Part shown: positions 39,824-50,083 of the stretch, piece after piece | How the letters are laid out: every line of letters begins with the position of its first letter | How positions within the stretch are numbered: position 1 is the stretch's first letter | Origin: Candidatus Daviesbacteria bacterium | GTDB taxonomy: Bacteria > Patescibacteriota > Microgenomatia > Daviesbacterales > UBA10151 | Length of the DNA: 64,000 bases | Assembly (NCBI GenBank): GCA_016184225.1 | Contig: JACPDA010000004.1 | Coordinates: forward strand, 409,671 to 473,670 | Direction of reading: 5' to 3' | The notes under the pieces: generated by a model | What the model was told of the DNA's origin: nothing | What the model saw: only the letters and a program-made list of their open reading frames with translations | Databases searched by the model: none | Position numbers and translations under genes: made by a program

Positions 39824-39910
39824 AAGTTTTAAAAGATTTTTAAATTATATATGAAAACAAGAAAGTAATCAGCTATTTTTTTTGTCTAATAAAAAAGCTA
39901 TAATTTATAA

Positions 39911-41620
39911 ATGTTAATTTTAGGTGTCTGCAATGCTATTGATAGCGGTGCTTGTTTACTAAAGGATGGAAAAATTTTGGCAGCTGTTAGCGAAGAACGG
40001 TTTGTTCGTAAAAAAAATATTGCGACATTTCCTAAGCAGTCAATTAAATATATTCTTCAGAGTCAGAAATTAAAGCCAACTGATATTGATTGGATAGGTT
40101 GTGGTGCCTGGAATGGGGTAGATCAATTAGAAACACTACCACGCTTGATTGAAGATGTGATTGATCAATTAGAGAATAGTCCTAAAGATACTAAAGATAT
40201 TATACTTCAGCGAATTAAAATAACCGGTGAGCGAGATACTGCTTTTAAAAAGGAATTATTTGAGGGTTTAGAGGATTTAGGTTTTCCAAGAGAAAAAGTG
40301 ATTCTTTGTGATCATCATTACTCCCATGCTTTAACTGCTTTTTATTGTTCACCATATAAGGAAGCTTATATTTTTACAGCTGATGGCCGCGGTGATTTTC
40401 GTTCTGTGTCGCTTTGGTCGGCCACACGTATAGAGGGTCTTAAGTTTATTGATATGGCAACAGAGTTAACCAGCTTAGGTGCAATGTATGGGTTTATAAC
40501 AAAGCTATTAGGTTTTACCCCGGATAAACATGAAGGGAAGGTAACAGGCTTAGCAGCTAGAGGTAAGCAGACAAAAGCCTTTGAGATTTTAAAATCCGGA
40601 TTGTGGTTTGATGAGGAAAAGGGAAAGATCCGAAGCAGAATTGGAGATACATACAGACCTTTTATATCTGCCGATTGGCCAGAGATTCATAAAAAATTGG
40701 CAGGTTTCTCAAGGGACGATATAGCCTACGCTGCACAGAAACTTTTGGAGGAAACTTTAATGGGTTTTTTAATAAAGCATATAGGATCTAAGTCAAAGGG
40801 CAGTATAAATCTTTGTTTAGCTGGTGGTTGTATGAGTAATGTGAAGTTAAACTATGAATTATCTAATCTTCCACAGGTAAAGAGTATTTATATTTTTCCT
40901 CAAATGGGAGATGGAGGAAATTCATTAGGTGGAGCTATCAATATAGCATTAACTAAAGGTAATAATATACGCCATTTTGGTCTACCTACTGTTTATCTTG
41001 GACCAGCATATTCAAATGAGGAAATTAAACGGGTTTTGGAAAGTCAAAAGGTTTCATATATTCAAGTTCAATCTCAAGATAAAATAAAAAAGGCAGTTCA
41101 GTTTCTTATTGAAGGAAAGTTAGTGGGTTGGTATCAAGGTCGTATGGAGTATGGGCCTAGAGCATTAGGTGCCAGATCTATATTAGCAGAAGCCACAGAT
41201 AAAGAGATTACCCAAATTCTAAACCAAAGGTTAGAACGGAGTGACTTTATGCCTTTTGCACCAGTCACTATTCCTGAGTATGCAGATAAATGCTTTGTTG
41301 GGTGGCGGCAAGATCATATCTCTTCACGATTCATGACCATTTGTTACCAATGTACGCCCTATCTTAAAAGTAAGTGTCCAGCTATAGTTCATGTTGATGG
41401 AAGCGCTAGACCTCAAGTCGTATTTCGTGAGCAAAATCCAGAATATTATGAAGTAGTTAAATCTTATATAGAACAAACCGGAAATCCAGTTTTAATTAAT
41501 ACCAGCTTTAATAATCACGAGGAACCAATAGTAAATACACCAACAGATGCTATAAACAGTCTGATCAAAAGAAATGTTGATGTACTTATAGCAGGTGACC
41601 TGATTGTCTCATTAAAATAA
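39911..41620 (+). CDS. O-carbamoyltransferase (NodU/CmcH/TobZ family)
   Basis: EERF-R-K, DHHYSHA, DGRGD, EGKVTGLAA, GRMEYGPRALGARS, HVDGSARPQ and NTSFN motifs. TATAAT lies 6 nt upstream of the ATG. Confidence 0.92.
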   Translation: MLILGVCNAIDSGACLLKDGKILAAVSEERFVRKKNIATFPKQSIKYILQSQKLKPTDIDWIGCGAWNGVDQLETLPRLIEDVIDQLENSPKDTKDIILQRIKITGERDTAFKKELFEGLEDLGFPREKVILCDHHYSHALTAFYCSPYKEAYIFTADGRGDFRSVSLWSATRIEGLKFIDMATELTSLGAMYGFITKLLGFTPDKHEGKVTGLAARGKQTKAFEILKSGLWFDEEKGKIRSRIGDTYRPFISADWPEIHKKLAGFSRDDIAYAAQKLLEETLMGFLIKHIGSKSKGSINLCLAGGCMSNVKLNYELSNLPQVKSIYIFPQMGDGGNSLGGAINIALTKGNNIRHFGLPTVYLGPAYSNEEIKRVLESQKVSYIQVQSQDKIKKAVQFLIEGKLVGWYQGRMEYGPRALGARSILAEATDKEITQILNQRLERSDFMPFAPVTIPEYADKCFVGWRQDHISSRFMTICYQCTPYLKSKCPAIVHVDGSARPQVVFREQNPEYYEVVKSYIEQTGNPVLINTSFNNHEEPIVNTPTDAINSLIKRNVDVLIAGDLIVSLK

Positions 41621-41710
41621 TCTATGTAGGGATTCTTTCAAACGCTTCAATTAAGATACTATCGATATCGTATTTTTTAGAAAGTTTGATAGCAGATCCT
41701 TATATAATTT

Positions 41711-43246
41711 CTATATTTTGATAACTTCCATATCTTCAGTTTCATATAAAACTGAATTCTTTTTTAATCCTAAATCTTTTAATGAACTGTAATCCTTTTT
41801 TAAGACTAAAAGATTAAGATTATATTTTCTGGCAATTTCTTTTATGGATTTTGTTAGGACAGGATAGACATCTGCAATCTTTGCAGCTGTTCTGGGCTGA
41901 AAATCAACTAGCACTTCGCTTTTGGTGTTATATAAAACCATATAAGCAATTTTCTGTGGAAGACAAATTATTCTGGGTCTAAATTTTAAAGTATTAATAT
42001 ATTTAAATCCCTCTTGCATCCCTTTAGTCATTGTTCTGTCCTTATCTTTAATGACAACCTTCCACTGCAGGAAAATTGATATGGCTAGATTAATAAATGT
42101 AATTGCGGCCAAAATTATAATAGCTAATAATTTAAAATCTGTTCTTATTAAATGAGAAAAAATAACCGCTGTAACAATAACTGTGGGAGCCAATGCCATT
42201 TCCATATACCTTTGTCCTTCTCCGATGGGAGTTAAGTATTTTATAGAAAGCACCAGAATCGAAAGAATATAGAAAAAGAACGCCCAAAGGCTTAATTTGA
42301 AAAGCAAAAAGTTACTAATGGGTAAAAAGTCTATATTTATTATTTTAAATACTAGGAATGCCAAAGGTCCCAGTGTCCAGAGGTTTACTCCAAGCAGAGA
42401 AAACGGAGTGAATTTACTGAGTACGAGATAAATATAACTTACTAAATCTGTTTTTATCTTACTGTTGTTTTGTCTAACTTGATGAGAAAATCGGTGTCTA
42501 AAATTAATTGACCAAAGATAAATGTTTGCAATATGCTCTTCTAGAATTTTATAGTAATATCCTTTACTAATAACTAATGCGGTTCCCATAGCCGTAAAGA
42601 ACATTAAAATATACAAAGGGTTTCTTTCAATAATTAAGAAAAATATTGATATGAATAAAAACGACTGGATAGGAAATTTATGAGAGAAGAAACAAACCAC
42701 TAAGCCAATAAAACTTACAGTCAAAAAAAGAATATTTGGATTAATAGAATATGCTATGAGCGGATAGAATGCCAAAGTAAAAAGCATATAGCCTAATGAT
42801 CGGGGAGTTAGATAGCTATTCTCTAAAATTATTAAAGGGATAGTTGCGTAAATAAATTGTGCCACCAAAGCAATTTCGAATTTGCCTGTAATTTGGTAGG
42901 TTATGAAAAATATCAAAATATTATGAACTGCATCAAAGATAGGAGAAATAAATCCTTGCACCCGAAGTAAAGTTTTTTTACTAAGGAACGACAGTAACCA
43001 AGGGAGGGCAGGAGGGTATACGAAATAGCCCTCGAGCATAAATCCCTCCTTAACTTTTTCCATGGGTATATGGTGACCATTTTTTCTGAAAATATCTGCT
43101 TCAATCATCTTCACCCAAACGTCTAATCCGTAGTATTTATTCAACAGCCTTGGGTATATTTGCAGTAGAAAACCCAAAATAGGAATAAAGAGTGCGGAAA
43201 GATAGATCATAAATAGCATCATACACAATGGATATACATTTTTCAA
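41711..43246 (-). CDS. Polytopic membrane protein, putative GT-C-like transferase/polymerase
   Basis: GLDVW after TM1, YPP, TPRSLG, SHKF and GEGQRY motifs. Many TM helices and a soluble C-terminal tail. Confidence 0.55.
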   Translation of the reverse strand: MKNVYPLCMMLFMIYLSALFIPILGFLLQIYPRLLNKYYGLDVWVKMIEADIFRKNGHHIPMEKVKEGFMLEGYFVYPPALPWLLSFLSKKTLLRVQGFISPIFDAVHNILIFFITYQITGKFEIALVAQFIYATIPLIILENSYLTPRSLGYMLFTLAFYPLIAYSINPNILFLTVSFIGLVVCFFSHKFPIQSFLFISIFFLIIERNPLYILMFFTAMGTALVISKGYYYKILEEHIANIYLWSINFRHRFSHQVRQNNSKIKTDLVSYIYLVLSKFTPFSLLGVNLWTLGPLAFLVFKIINIDFLPISNFLLFKLSLWAFFFYILSILVLSIKYLTPIGEGQRYMEMALAPTVIVTAVIFSHLIRTDFKLLAIIILAAITFINLAISIFLQWKVVIKDKDRTMTKGMQEGFKYINTLKFRPRIICLPQKIAYMVLYNTKSEVLVDFQPRTAAKIADVYPVLTKSIKEIARKYNLNLLVLKKDYSSLKDLGLKKNSVLYETEDMEVIKI

Positions 43247-43259
43247 AACAGCAGTGTTT

Positions 43260-44408
43260 TTAGTTAAGTTTTAGTAAATAATCAACGATAATTTTTGAGG
43301 GGGGGATCGTATAAGATATAGATCTTCTTTGATATTTTTTGTAATTTTTTACAAAATCCCTGATTATCTGTTCATTAGCATGACTTAAAAGCGCATTTTC
43401 TCCTAATCCTTCTATTCTTTCAGTTACATTTCTTAAAATTAGGCAGGGTTTACCTAAATAGTAAGCTTCCTCCTGATTACTGCCTCCATCTGTAGCTATA
43501 AACTCCGCTTTTGCCATTAGTGTGATGAATTGGGAATAAGGCAACCTTGGTACAAAAACAAAGTTTCTATTCTTTCTGATTTCTTTCCACAGACCTTCTT
43601 TTTTCATAAAATCAGATGTCAATTTATGAAGCACTAAAACGCAGACTAGATTTGAACTGGTATATTCAGAGAATATTTTAATAATTCTTTTTGTAAAATT
43701 CTTTCTGAATAAAATATGTTCCTGTCTATGCAAAACTAATATAAAATACTTAGTCTTAGGAATAATTCTAATTATTGAATCCTTGGTATTTCTTAAAGTG
43801 GTCTGTAAGGTTTCGATCAGAGTATTATTTAGAGTGTTTATTTTTACTCTGCCAATTTTTTTTAGATTTTTAACCGACCAGGAATTTGGGCAAAAATGGA
43901 TGCTTGCGAGACGCGAGATGATAAATCTACATAGTTCCTCGGGAAAAGGTTCTAAAAAATTAAAAGATCTAAGACCTGATTCTATATGTACCAGCCTAAG
44001 GCCCTGTATTTTTGCAGCGATCGCCCCTATCAGAGAGGAAACCGTATCTCCGTGTACAATAAAGAATGAATTTCTTTTATCAATATTTCTAAATTCATTA
44101 TTAAAGTAAAGATGAAAGTTACCAAGAGTTTTTATGGCCCAAACTACAAAACGGAGATATAAATTGTTAGGCATTCTGGTATGTTTTAATACATTTTTGT
44201 AGTAGATCTCTTGTTTGCCCAGTATATATCGCAGTTCTTCAAAGTGAAGAATATTTTGATTAGATGAGATTATTTTAAACGTCTTCTTTCTTTTTTTAAG
44301 CTCCTGGAGGACAGGCGCAAGTTTTATAAGTTCCGCCGTTGTCCCGATAAAAAAGTAGATATTTTCGTCTCGCATAAAAGGTATTGGAAACTCAGCATAT
44401 TTTAACAC
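43260..44408 (-). CDS. UDP-N-acetylglucosamine 2-epimerase family (WecB/WbpI-like)
   Basis: GTTAELIKLAP, VHGDT, HIESGLRS, PFPEE and TDGGSNQEEA motifs. Alternative ATG start at 44375. Confidence 0.85.
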   Translation of the reverse strand: MLKYAEFPIPFMRDENIYFFIGTTAELIKLAPVLQELKKRKKTFKIISSNQNILHFEELRYILGKQEIYYKNVLKHTRMPNNLYLRFVVWAIKTLGNFHLYFNNEFRNIDKRNSFFIVHGDTVSSLIGAIAAKIQGLRLVHIESGLRSFNFLEPFPEELCRFIISRLASIHFCPNSWSVKNLKKIGRVKINTLNNTLIETLQTTLRNTKDSIIRIIPKTKYFILVLHRQEHILFRKNFTKRIIKIFSEYTSSNLVCVLVLHKLTSDFMKKEGLWKEIRKNRNFVFVPRLPYSQFITLMAKAEFIATDGGSNQEEAYYLGKPCLILRNVTERIEGLGENALLSHANEQIIRDFVKNYKKYQRRSISYTIPPSKIIVDYLLKLN

Positions 44409-44430
44409 TATTTAATTAAATTTACTTTAA

Positions 44431-45642
44431 CTAATTGGAGATTTTTGCGATAGCGGATCTTAAGATATTATTAATATCAAATTTTTTGGAAAGCTTGATG
44501 GCAGCATCTTTGTATGATTTATATTTGTCTTCGCTGCTTAACAATTTGGCGACAGCATCTGCTAAAGATTTTTCGGAATAATTAATTACTACTCCGCTTT
44601 TTGTCTTTGAGATCAGATTTGACATTGTGGCAACATCAGTTGTTATCACTGGAAGGCCGCAGCACATATAAAGTTTTATTTTACTGGGGTCTGAATAGTA
44701 GCTAAGGCTGTTTGGCTTGGGTATGTAAGGAGCCAGCCCGATACTTTTTTGAACCATTAAATCGGTCATATCGGCAAACTTTTCAATGTAACCGGTGAAA
44801 TCAACATAGCGGTTAAGCTTTAATTTGAAAACTAAATCTTTTAAATAATCAAGATATTTTCCCGAACCGATTATAGTGAGGCGGATTTTGGGAAACTTTT
44901 TAATTAAATAAGGCATAGCTTGTATGGTTAGTTGTGGACCCGTTGATTCTCTGATTGCCCCCATGTATAGGATATTGTAGAAATTGATTTTATCAAAAGG
45001 CAGAACATTAATTCTTTTATTGTTATAACAAATAGGCACTATATTAAACGGGGCGCTATTTAAACGTGTAATGCCATATTGTTTTCTTTCTTTGATTTGC
45101 TCCTTCACCATTACCCAATTAGTGTCTGAAAATCTGCAGGCAGTTTTATCCATAAAACGGTAAAGGGAGTTCAAGAAGGAATTGTTAAAACGCTGAGGGA
45201 CAAAATCGAGGGAATAATAAACCAGCCGCTTCATTAGGCTAAGAAAACGAAGCGGCAGGATAGTGATAAACGATAAATTTTCCATTGCGATGCAAAGATG
45301 GAAGGAGAAGTCTGTTTTAGATAGGAAATAATAGGTGATTATAATATGGTGCAGGTATTTTAAAAATTCCGGGCCATTATAGACAGACGCTTTTAACTCT
45401 CTAACCTTTTGGCCGTTAATATAGATTAAGCAGTAAGAGGTATGGTGGCCAAATTCAGGCAAAGGATGAGTGATTAGGATAATTTTCTGGACTTTATCTT
45501 TTAAGTACCGAAGTATCCGCATGTCCGTATCCTCGCCGTATTCCGACCTGTTTGTATAATGAGTCAGCATTAATATTTTGGTTTTATCTTTTTTCAGAAT
45601 CATAAGTTTAGATTTTTGTTGTATTTTCGGATTATACATCAT
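44431..45642 (-). CDS. GT4 glycosyltransferase
   Basis: YMGAI, IIGSG and PSKIKLYMCCGLPVI motifs. Confidence 0.8.
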   Translation of the reverse strand: MMYNPKIQQKSKLMILKKDKTKILMLTHYTNRSEYGEDTDMRILRYLKDKVQKIILITHPLPEFGHHTSYCLIYINGQKVRELKASVYNGPEFLKYLHHIIITYYFLSKTDFSFHLCIAMENLSFITILPLRFLSLMKRLVYYSLDFVPQRFNNSFLNSLYRFMDKTACRFSDTNWVMVKEQIKERKQYGITRLNSAPFNIVPICYNNKRINVLPFDKINFYNILYMGAIRESTGPQLTIQAMPYLIKKFPKIRLTIIGSGKYLDYLKDLVFKLKLNRYVDFTGYIEKFADMTDLMVQKSIGLAPYIPKPNSLSYYSDPSKIKLYMCCGLPVITTDVATMSNLISKTKSGVVINYSEKSLADAVAKLLSSEDKYKSYKDAAIKLSKKFDINNILRSAIAKISN

Positions 45643-45730
45643 AATATTCTTAATTGGATGAAATATATATTAAAAAGTAATTAAGTAAATTTTCTACCCT
45701 TGACCCTTATGCTATACTTTCAAAAATTAT

Positions 45731-46759
45731 ATGTCTCTAGATCCTAAAGATTTTTCTGTTATCATACCAACATATAATAGAAGCCAGTTTTTAAAAAAAG
45801 CAATCCATTCAGTTTTGAGACAGGATTGTATTTCTTTTGAGGTTATAGTTGGGGACAACTGTTCAACTGATGACACAAGTAAGGTGGTGAAAAGCTTTAA
45901 GGACAGGAGAATTAAATATTTCAAAAACAGGGAAAATCTGGGGTTTGCCGGGAACATCAGGAGATGCTTCAAAAGGGCGCAGGGAGATTTTATTTTTACT
46001 TTAGGTGATGATGATTTAATTTTGGAAGAGCGTACTCTATTTGAAATCCTAAACGCTATGAAGAAGTATAAAACCGGTATGGGCTCAATCGGTACAATTT
46101 ACTATTCTCATTCTCCCAAACACCCAAGTAAAATTTTTCGCTTAAGTGATAAAGTTATTTTTGTCAAACCGGGAAAAGTAAAAAAGTTGCCACTTAAAGC
46201 GTTGGATTTCAATATCTCTTTTTTTACCGGGCTTGTTTTTGACAGATCCTTAATAAATATTGCTAAAATTACAGACAGTTTTACTTATGCATATTTCCCT
46301 TTTTGTTATGATGTTATTTCCAAACAGGGGATAGTTTATCTACCAAGTCTTTTTACTGTCGCTTATATTAGCCAGAGGTTTGTCCCCTATTACTTTAATT
46401 TAGAAAAGCTAGGTAGTTTTTATATGGAAGATTATTTAAAGATGATAAAGGAATTTGTTGATGGAAAAGATTATTTGCAGCATAAAAAAGAATTCTTAAG
46501 AGGAGGGGCAATTTTGCTTCCGAGTATTAAACTTTTTACGGATAATAAAAATTACCTAAAAGTTTTAAAGAAGTTAATTAATTTGGACAACAGCCTTTTA
46601 ACAGACCCGAAGTTTCTTTTACTGGCATTGACCGGCTTTTTGCCAAAAATTATTTTAAAAACGCTGCGCGGATTGATAATTTTTATCTGGGAGAGAAAAA
46701 CCGTTATGCAAGTTAAAAAGTATGGTTACTTTGAAAAGCTTGCAAAGTTAGAGGTTTGA
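45731..46759 (+). CDS. GT2 glycosyltransferase
   Basis: IIPTYNR, DNCSTD, NLGFAGN and LGDDD motifs. Confidence 0.9.
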   Translation: MSLDPKDFSVIIPTYNRSQFLKKAIHSVLRQDCISFEVIVGDNCSTDDTSKVVKSFKDRRIKYFKNRENLGFAGNIRRCFKRAQGDFIFTLGDDDLILEERTLFEILNAMKKYKTGMGSIGTIYYSHSPKHPSKIFRLSDKVIFVKPGKVKKLPLKALDFNISFFTGLVFDRSLINIAKITDSFTYAYFPFCYDVISKQGIVYLPSLFTVAYISQRFVPYYFNLEKLGSFYMEDYLKMIKEFVDGKDYLQHKKEFLRGGAILLPSIKLFTDNKNYLKVLKKLINLDNSLLTDPKFLLLALTGFLPKIILKTLRGLIIFIWERKTVMQVKKYGYFEKLAKLEV

Positions 46760-47749
46760 CCTTATTTTACCAATCAACTCCTGTACCCGTACCCCTTCTT
46801 TGAATGATGGGATCATCTGCTCTTTGTGGGCGCAACAATATATAAAACGGGCAGCTATCTTTTTTACAATCCTGACCCGTTCATCCTCGTCAATTTTTTT
46901 TGGTTTTTCTTTGAGTTTAATTTTTGTCTCTTTTTTTTCTGAATAAATCTTTATTACAAAATCAGTTACAGACCCGCTTTCATTTTTCAGTATAATTGCC
47001 CCTTTTTCGCACTGAAATATTAATTGATGCTTGTTATAGACTTTGGTACTTATGGAGATATGGGCATAACCTTTGATTCCCGTTTTAAAGCTTAATAGCA
47101 AATCAAGGCCGACTTCCCCGCTGTTTATACTTTCTTTGGAATAGAAAAATTGGCTTTTGATTCCGGTAATTTCCCCGGCTAAATATTCGAGGTAATAAAG
47201 AGAATGGGAAAAGTAATATGATAAGGCGCCTCCGCCTTCACGGGTATTTGTTTTCCAGGATGAGATTTTATTTTTAATATCATAGCTTAAGAAGTCCCAG
47301 TTTAAGGAAATATGCCTTAATTTGCCGTATACTTTTTTATCTATCATCTCCTTAACTTTTTGCCACGCTTCAATTTCCGGAAAAATAAAATCAACCGCGT
47401 TAGTTATTTTTTTTTTGGTAGCAATTCTGAGTAGCTCTTTAGCCTGTTGGTAATTTAGCGCTAAGGGCTTTTCCGCAAAAATATGTAGATTTTTCCTAAG
47501 AGCCGCTCTAATTATATTATGTTGAGCATTAGGGGGTACTGCTATGGCAACGGCATTTATTTTCTCTGTAGCCAACATTTCTTGCCAGCTGGTGTATATT
47601 TTCCCGAGTCCTATGCTCTGACAATATTTAACAAGACGTTCTGTTTTTTTGCCGCAAATAGCGATAACTTTACAGCCAACAGTAGAATTAAAAGCAGGGA
47701 GTAAACCATAAAGGCCAAATCCAGACCCGATTATGCCAACTTTTATCAT
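46748..47749 (-). CDS. Gfo/Idh/MocA oxidoreductase (putative NDP-sugar reductase)
   Basis: IIGSGFG, AEKPLA and GGGAL-SH motifs. Last gene of the rfbF operon. Confidence 0.8.
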   Translation of the reverse strand: MIKVGIIGSGFGLYGLLPAFNSTVGCKVIAICGKKTERLVKYCQSIGLGKIYTSWQEMLATEKINAVAIAVPPNAQHNIIRAALRKNLHIFAEKPLALNYQQAKELLRIATKKKITNAVDFIFPEIEAWQKVKEMIDKKVYGKLRHISLNWDFLSYDIKNKISSWKTNTREGGGALSYYFSHSLYYLEYLAGEITGIKSQFFYSKESINSGEVGLDLLLSFKTGIKGYAHISISTKVYNKHQLIFQCEKGAIILKNESGSVTDFVIKIYSEKKETKIKLKEKPKKIDEDERVRIVKKIAARFIYCCAHKEQMIPSFKEGVRVQELIGKIRSNL

Positions 47750-47752
47750 TTT

Positions 47753-49033
47753 TTAGATGCTTGAGTTTTTAACAACTTTAAAATCAGGCAAAGGGATTAC
47801 GAAATCAGATTTAAGTCCCCTGGCTTTAAGTTGCTGCATTATTGGTTTGGCATAATGCCAGGCTAACAGAACTACAAAATTAGGTTGCTCTTTTATTAAC
47901 CGTTTATTGTCTACTACCGGGATATGTTTACCGGGTAAATACATGTTTAATTTTAACGAGGTTGGTTGTTCAGCCAAATAGGGCAACAGCTCTTTATCAA
48001 CACCATAATAGTTTAAAAGTGTGGAGCATCGGCCGGGACAGGAATTTCCCACAATAGATTTACCTTTCTTCTTAAGTTTAATGATAAAATCCATAAATTT
48101 CAGCCGGGCTTTTTGTACCCGCTCTGCGAAGCGCCGGTACGTTTCAATTTTACCCAGACCGAAGTCTTCTTCTGTTTTCAATAACTTTATCACTTGGGGG
48201 CTGACTTTTTTTCCTTTGCCTTTTGCCGCATGTATACGCAGATTGCCTCCATACCTGCTGCCCCTTTCAACATCTATGAGTGTAAAATCATAATAGTTAA
48301 ATAGTTTAACCAGGGATTTTAGTGAATAAGTCCTGAGATGTTCATGGTAGATGGTATCGAACTGGCCTTTGGCAATAACGTCCAGAAGATAATGTGTTTC
48401 TGAAATGAATACGCCATCTTCAGTTAGTAAATTATAAATTCCCATAATGACTTCACCTAAAGTTTGCATATGCGCGAACATATTGGTCGCCGTAATTACG
48501 GAAGCCGGCCCGTATTTTGCCCTGATTTTTTTTGAAAGCTCAATATCAAAAAAAGCCTGGATTGTCCTGATGCCGTTTTTCCGCGCGATTTTGGCAATAT
48601 TGGTGGGTTCTACGCCCAGCACCTTGATCCTGTTTTTTATAAAGCCGCTGAGTAATGTTCCGTCATTGGAGCCAATATCGATTACCAGGTTATTTGGTTT
48701 TATATTATATTTATTGATTAAAGAATGACAGATATTTTCCTGATATTCTGCCAACTCTTTTGTAATACCGCTTCTGTAAGGGTAACCAGGATAGTAAACC
48801 TTGCTGCTGTCCACACAATAATCAATTTGGGCACAAGTGCAAATCTCGCACCACATCATTCGTAAAGGATAAGTTGTCTCGGGATCACTTAGCATCTTAT
48901 CTGTCAGCATGAAAGCACAAAGTGGTTGATGCCCAAGGTCTAGGATTTTATGTAACTTTTTATTGTTACAAATTTGGCAAGCCGAGATGTGTCCTTCTTT
49001 GATATAATGATGTTTTGGGTAATTTGACTGCAT
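47753..49033 (-). CDS. NDP-hexose C-methyltransferase
   Basis: CQIC...CEIC, DIGSNDG, NMFAH, FDTIYHEH, LPGKHIP and LAWHY motifs. Confidence 0.88.
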   Translation of the reverse strand: MQSNYPKHHYIKEGHISACQICNNKKLHKILDLGHQPLCAFMLTDKMLSDPETTYPLRMMWCEICTCAQIDYCVDSSKVYYPGYPYRSGITKELAEYQENICHSLINKYNIKPNNLVIDIGSNDGTLLSGFIKNRIKVLGVEPTNIAKIARKNGIRTIQAFFDIELSKKIRAKYGPASVITATNMFAHMQTLGEVIMGIYNLLTEDGVFISETHYLLDVIAKGQFDTIYHEHLRTYSLKSLVKLFNYYDFTLIDVERGSRYGGNLRIHAAKGKGKKVSPQVIKLLKTEEDFGLGKIETYRRFAERVQKARLKFMDFIIKLKKKGKSIVGNSCPGRCSTLLNYYGVDKELLPYLAEQPTSLKLNMYLPGKHIPVVDNKRLIKEQPNFVVLLAWHYAKPIMQQLKARGLKSDFVIPLPDFKVVKNSSI

Positions 49034-49054
49034 GATTTTTGCCAGTATAACATA

Positions 49055-50083
49055 TCAATTTTGCCACTGTAAATTCTTATTAAGCCTTTTTCGGGATATT
49101 AGCGATTGAAGCCTGCTTAAGCGTATAAATTTGCCCTGTTCAAAATCCTTGCTGCTGAACTTATGCTTTTTCAGCATTTTTATAAGATGCAGGACGGATT
49201 TTCTTATTGGCCACTTTGGTGTGGTATCAGCAAATAAATTACTTATTTTACTAAAATCTACTTTATAACTTCTTGTATCTTTCCCGTGTTCTCCTGTAAA
49301 AACAATTTCACATTTTGGCAGAGACTCTTTTATAACACCCAGAATATCTTTTATCTGATAATTACTGTTGTTAAATCCCACATTGTAAATCTCTCCATTT
49401 ATCTTTTTTGCATCAACTTCAATAAATTTGCATATGATATTGCATAAATCTCTTACGTCAATAAGCGGTCTCCATGGTGTCCCGTCGCTCAATACTTTTA
49501 TCTGACCGAGCGCCAGGCCGCAAGTTACCAAATTATTAACAACCAAATCATTTCTAAATCTGGGAGAAAAACCATATACAGTAGCATTTCTCAGCAGACA
49601 AACGCAAAAGCTGTCGTTTTTTAATTTATATAACTCTTTTTCTGCTAAAGCTTTGGATTTGGCATAAGCAGTCAAGGGGTTAATAATCGATTCTTCGTTT
49701 ACAATACCTTTTTTGGCAATTCCATATATGGAACAAGAAGAGAAGAAGATGAATCTTTTTACACCCCTCTCCCTGGCAATTCTTGCCAATCTGATTGTAG
49801 CTTTATAGTTTATATCAAAGGTGAGTTTTTCATCCAAAGCCCCCATCGGATCATTCGATAGGGCAGCCAAGTGAACTATACAATCAATTTGATTAAGATC
49901 AAGTTTGTTTTGACGCACGTCATTTTTTTTTGAATGGTAGGAATTTTTGTAAGTACCCAAAGTGATGTTTTTAAAATAATTTAAATCCCATCCCATTACC
50001 TGATAGCCCTTTTTTTGTAATTTTTCCGCTAAAACAGTTCCGATATAACCATTTACACCGGTAATTAAAATTCTTTTTACCAT
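49055..50083 (-). CDS. NAD-dependent epimerase/dehydratase
   Basis: TGVNGYIG, LAALSNDP, SSCSIYG, YAKSK and LRNATVYG motifs. Start set at ATG 50083 (MVKRIL), overlapping the rfbF stop. Confidence 0.85.
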   Translation of the reverse strand: MVKRILITGVNGYIGTVLAEKLQKKGYQVMGWDLNYFKNITLGTYKNSYHSKKNDVRQNKLDLNQIDCIVHLAALSNDPMGALDEKLTFDINYKATIRLARIARERGVKRFIFFSSCSIYGIAKKGIVNEESIINPLTAYAKSKALAEKELYKLKNDSFCVCLLRNATVYGFSPRFRNDLVVNNLVTCGLALGQIKVLSDGTPWRPLIDVRDLCNIICKFIEVDAKKINGEIYNVGFNNSNYQIKDILGVIKESLPKCEIVFTGEHGKDTRSYKVDFSKISNLFADTTPKWPIRKSVLHLIKMLKKHKFSSKDFEQGKFIRLSRLQSLISRKRLNKNLQWQN

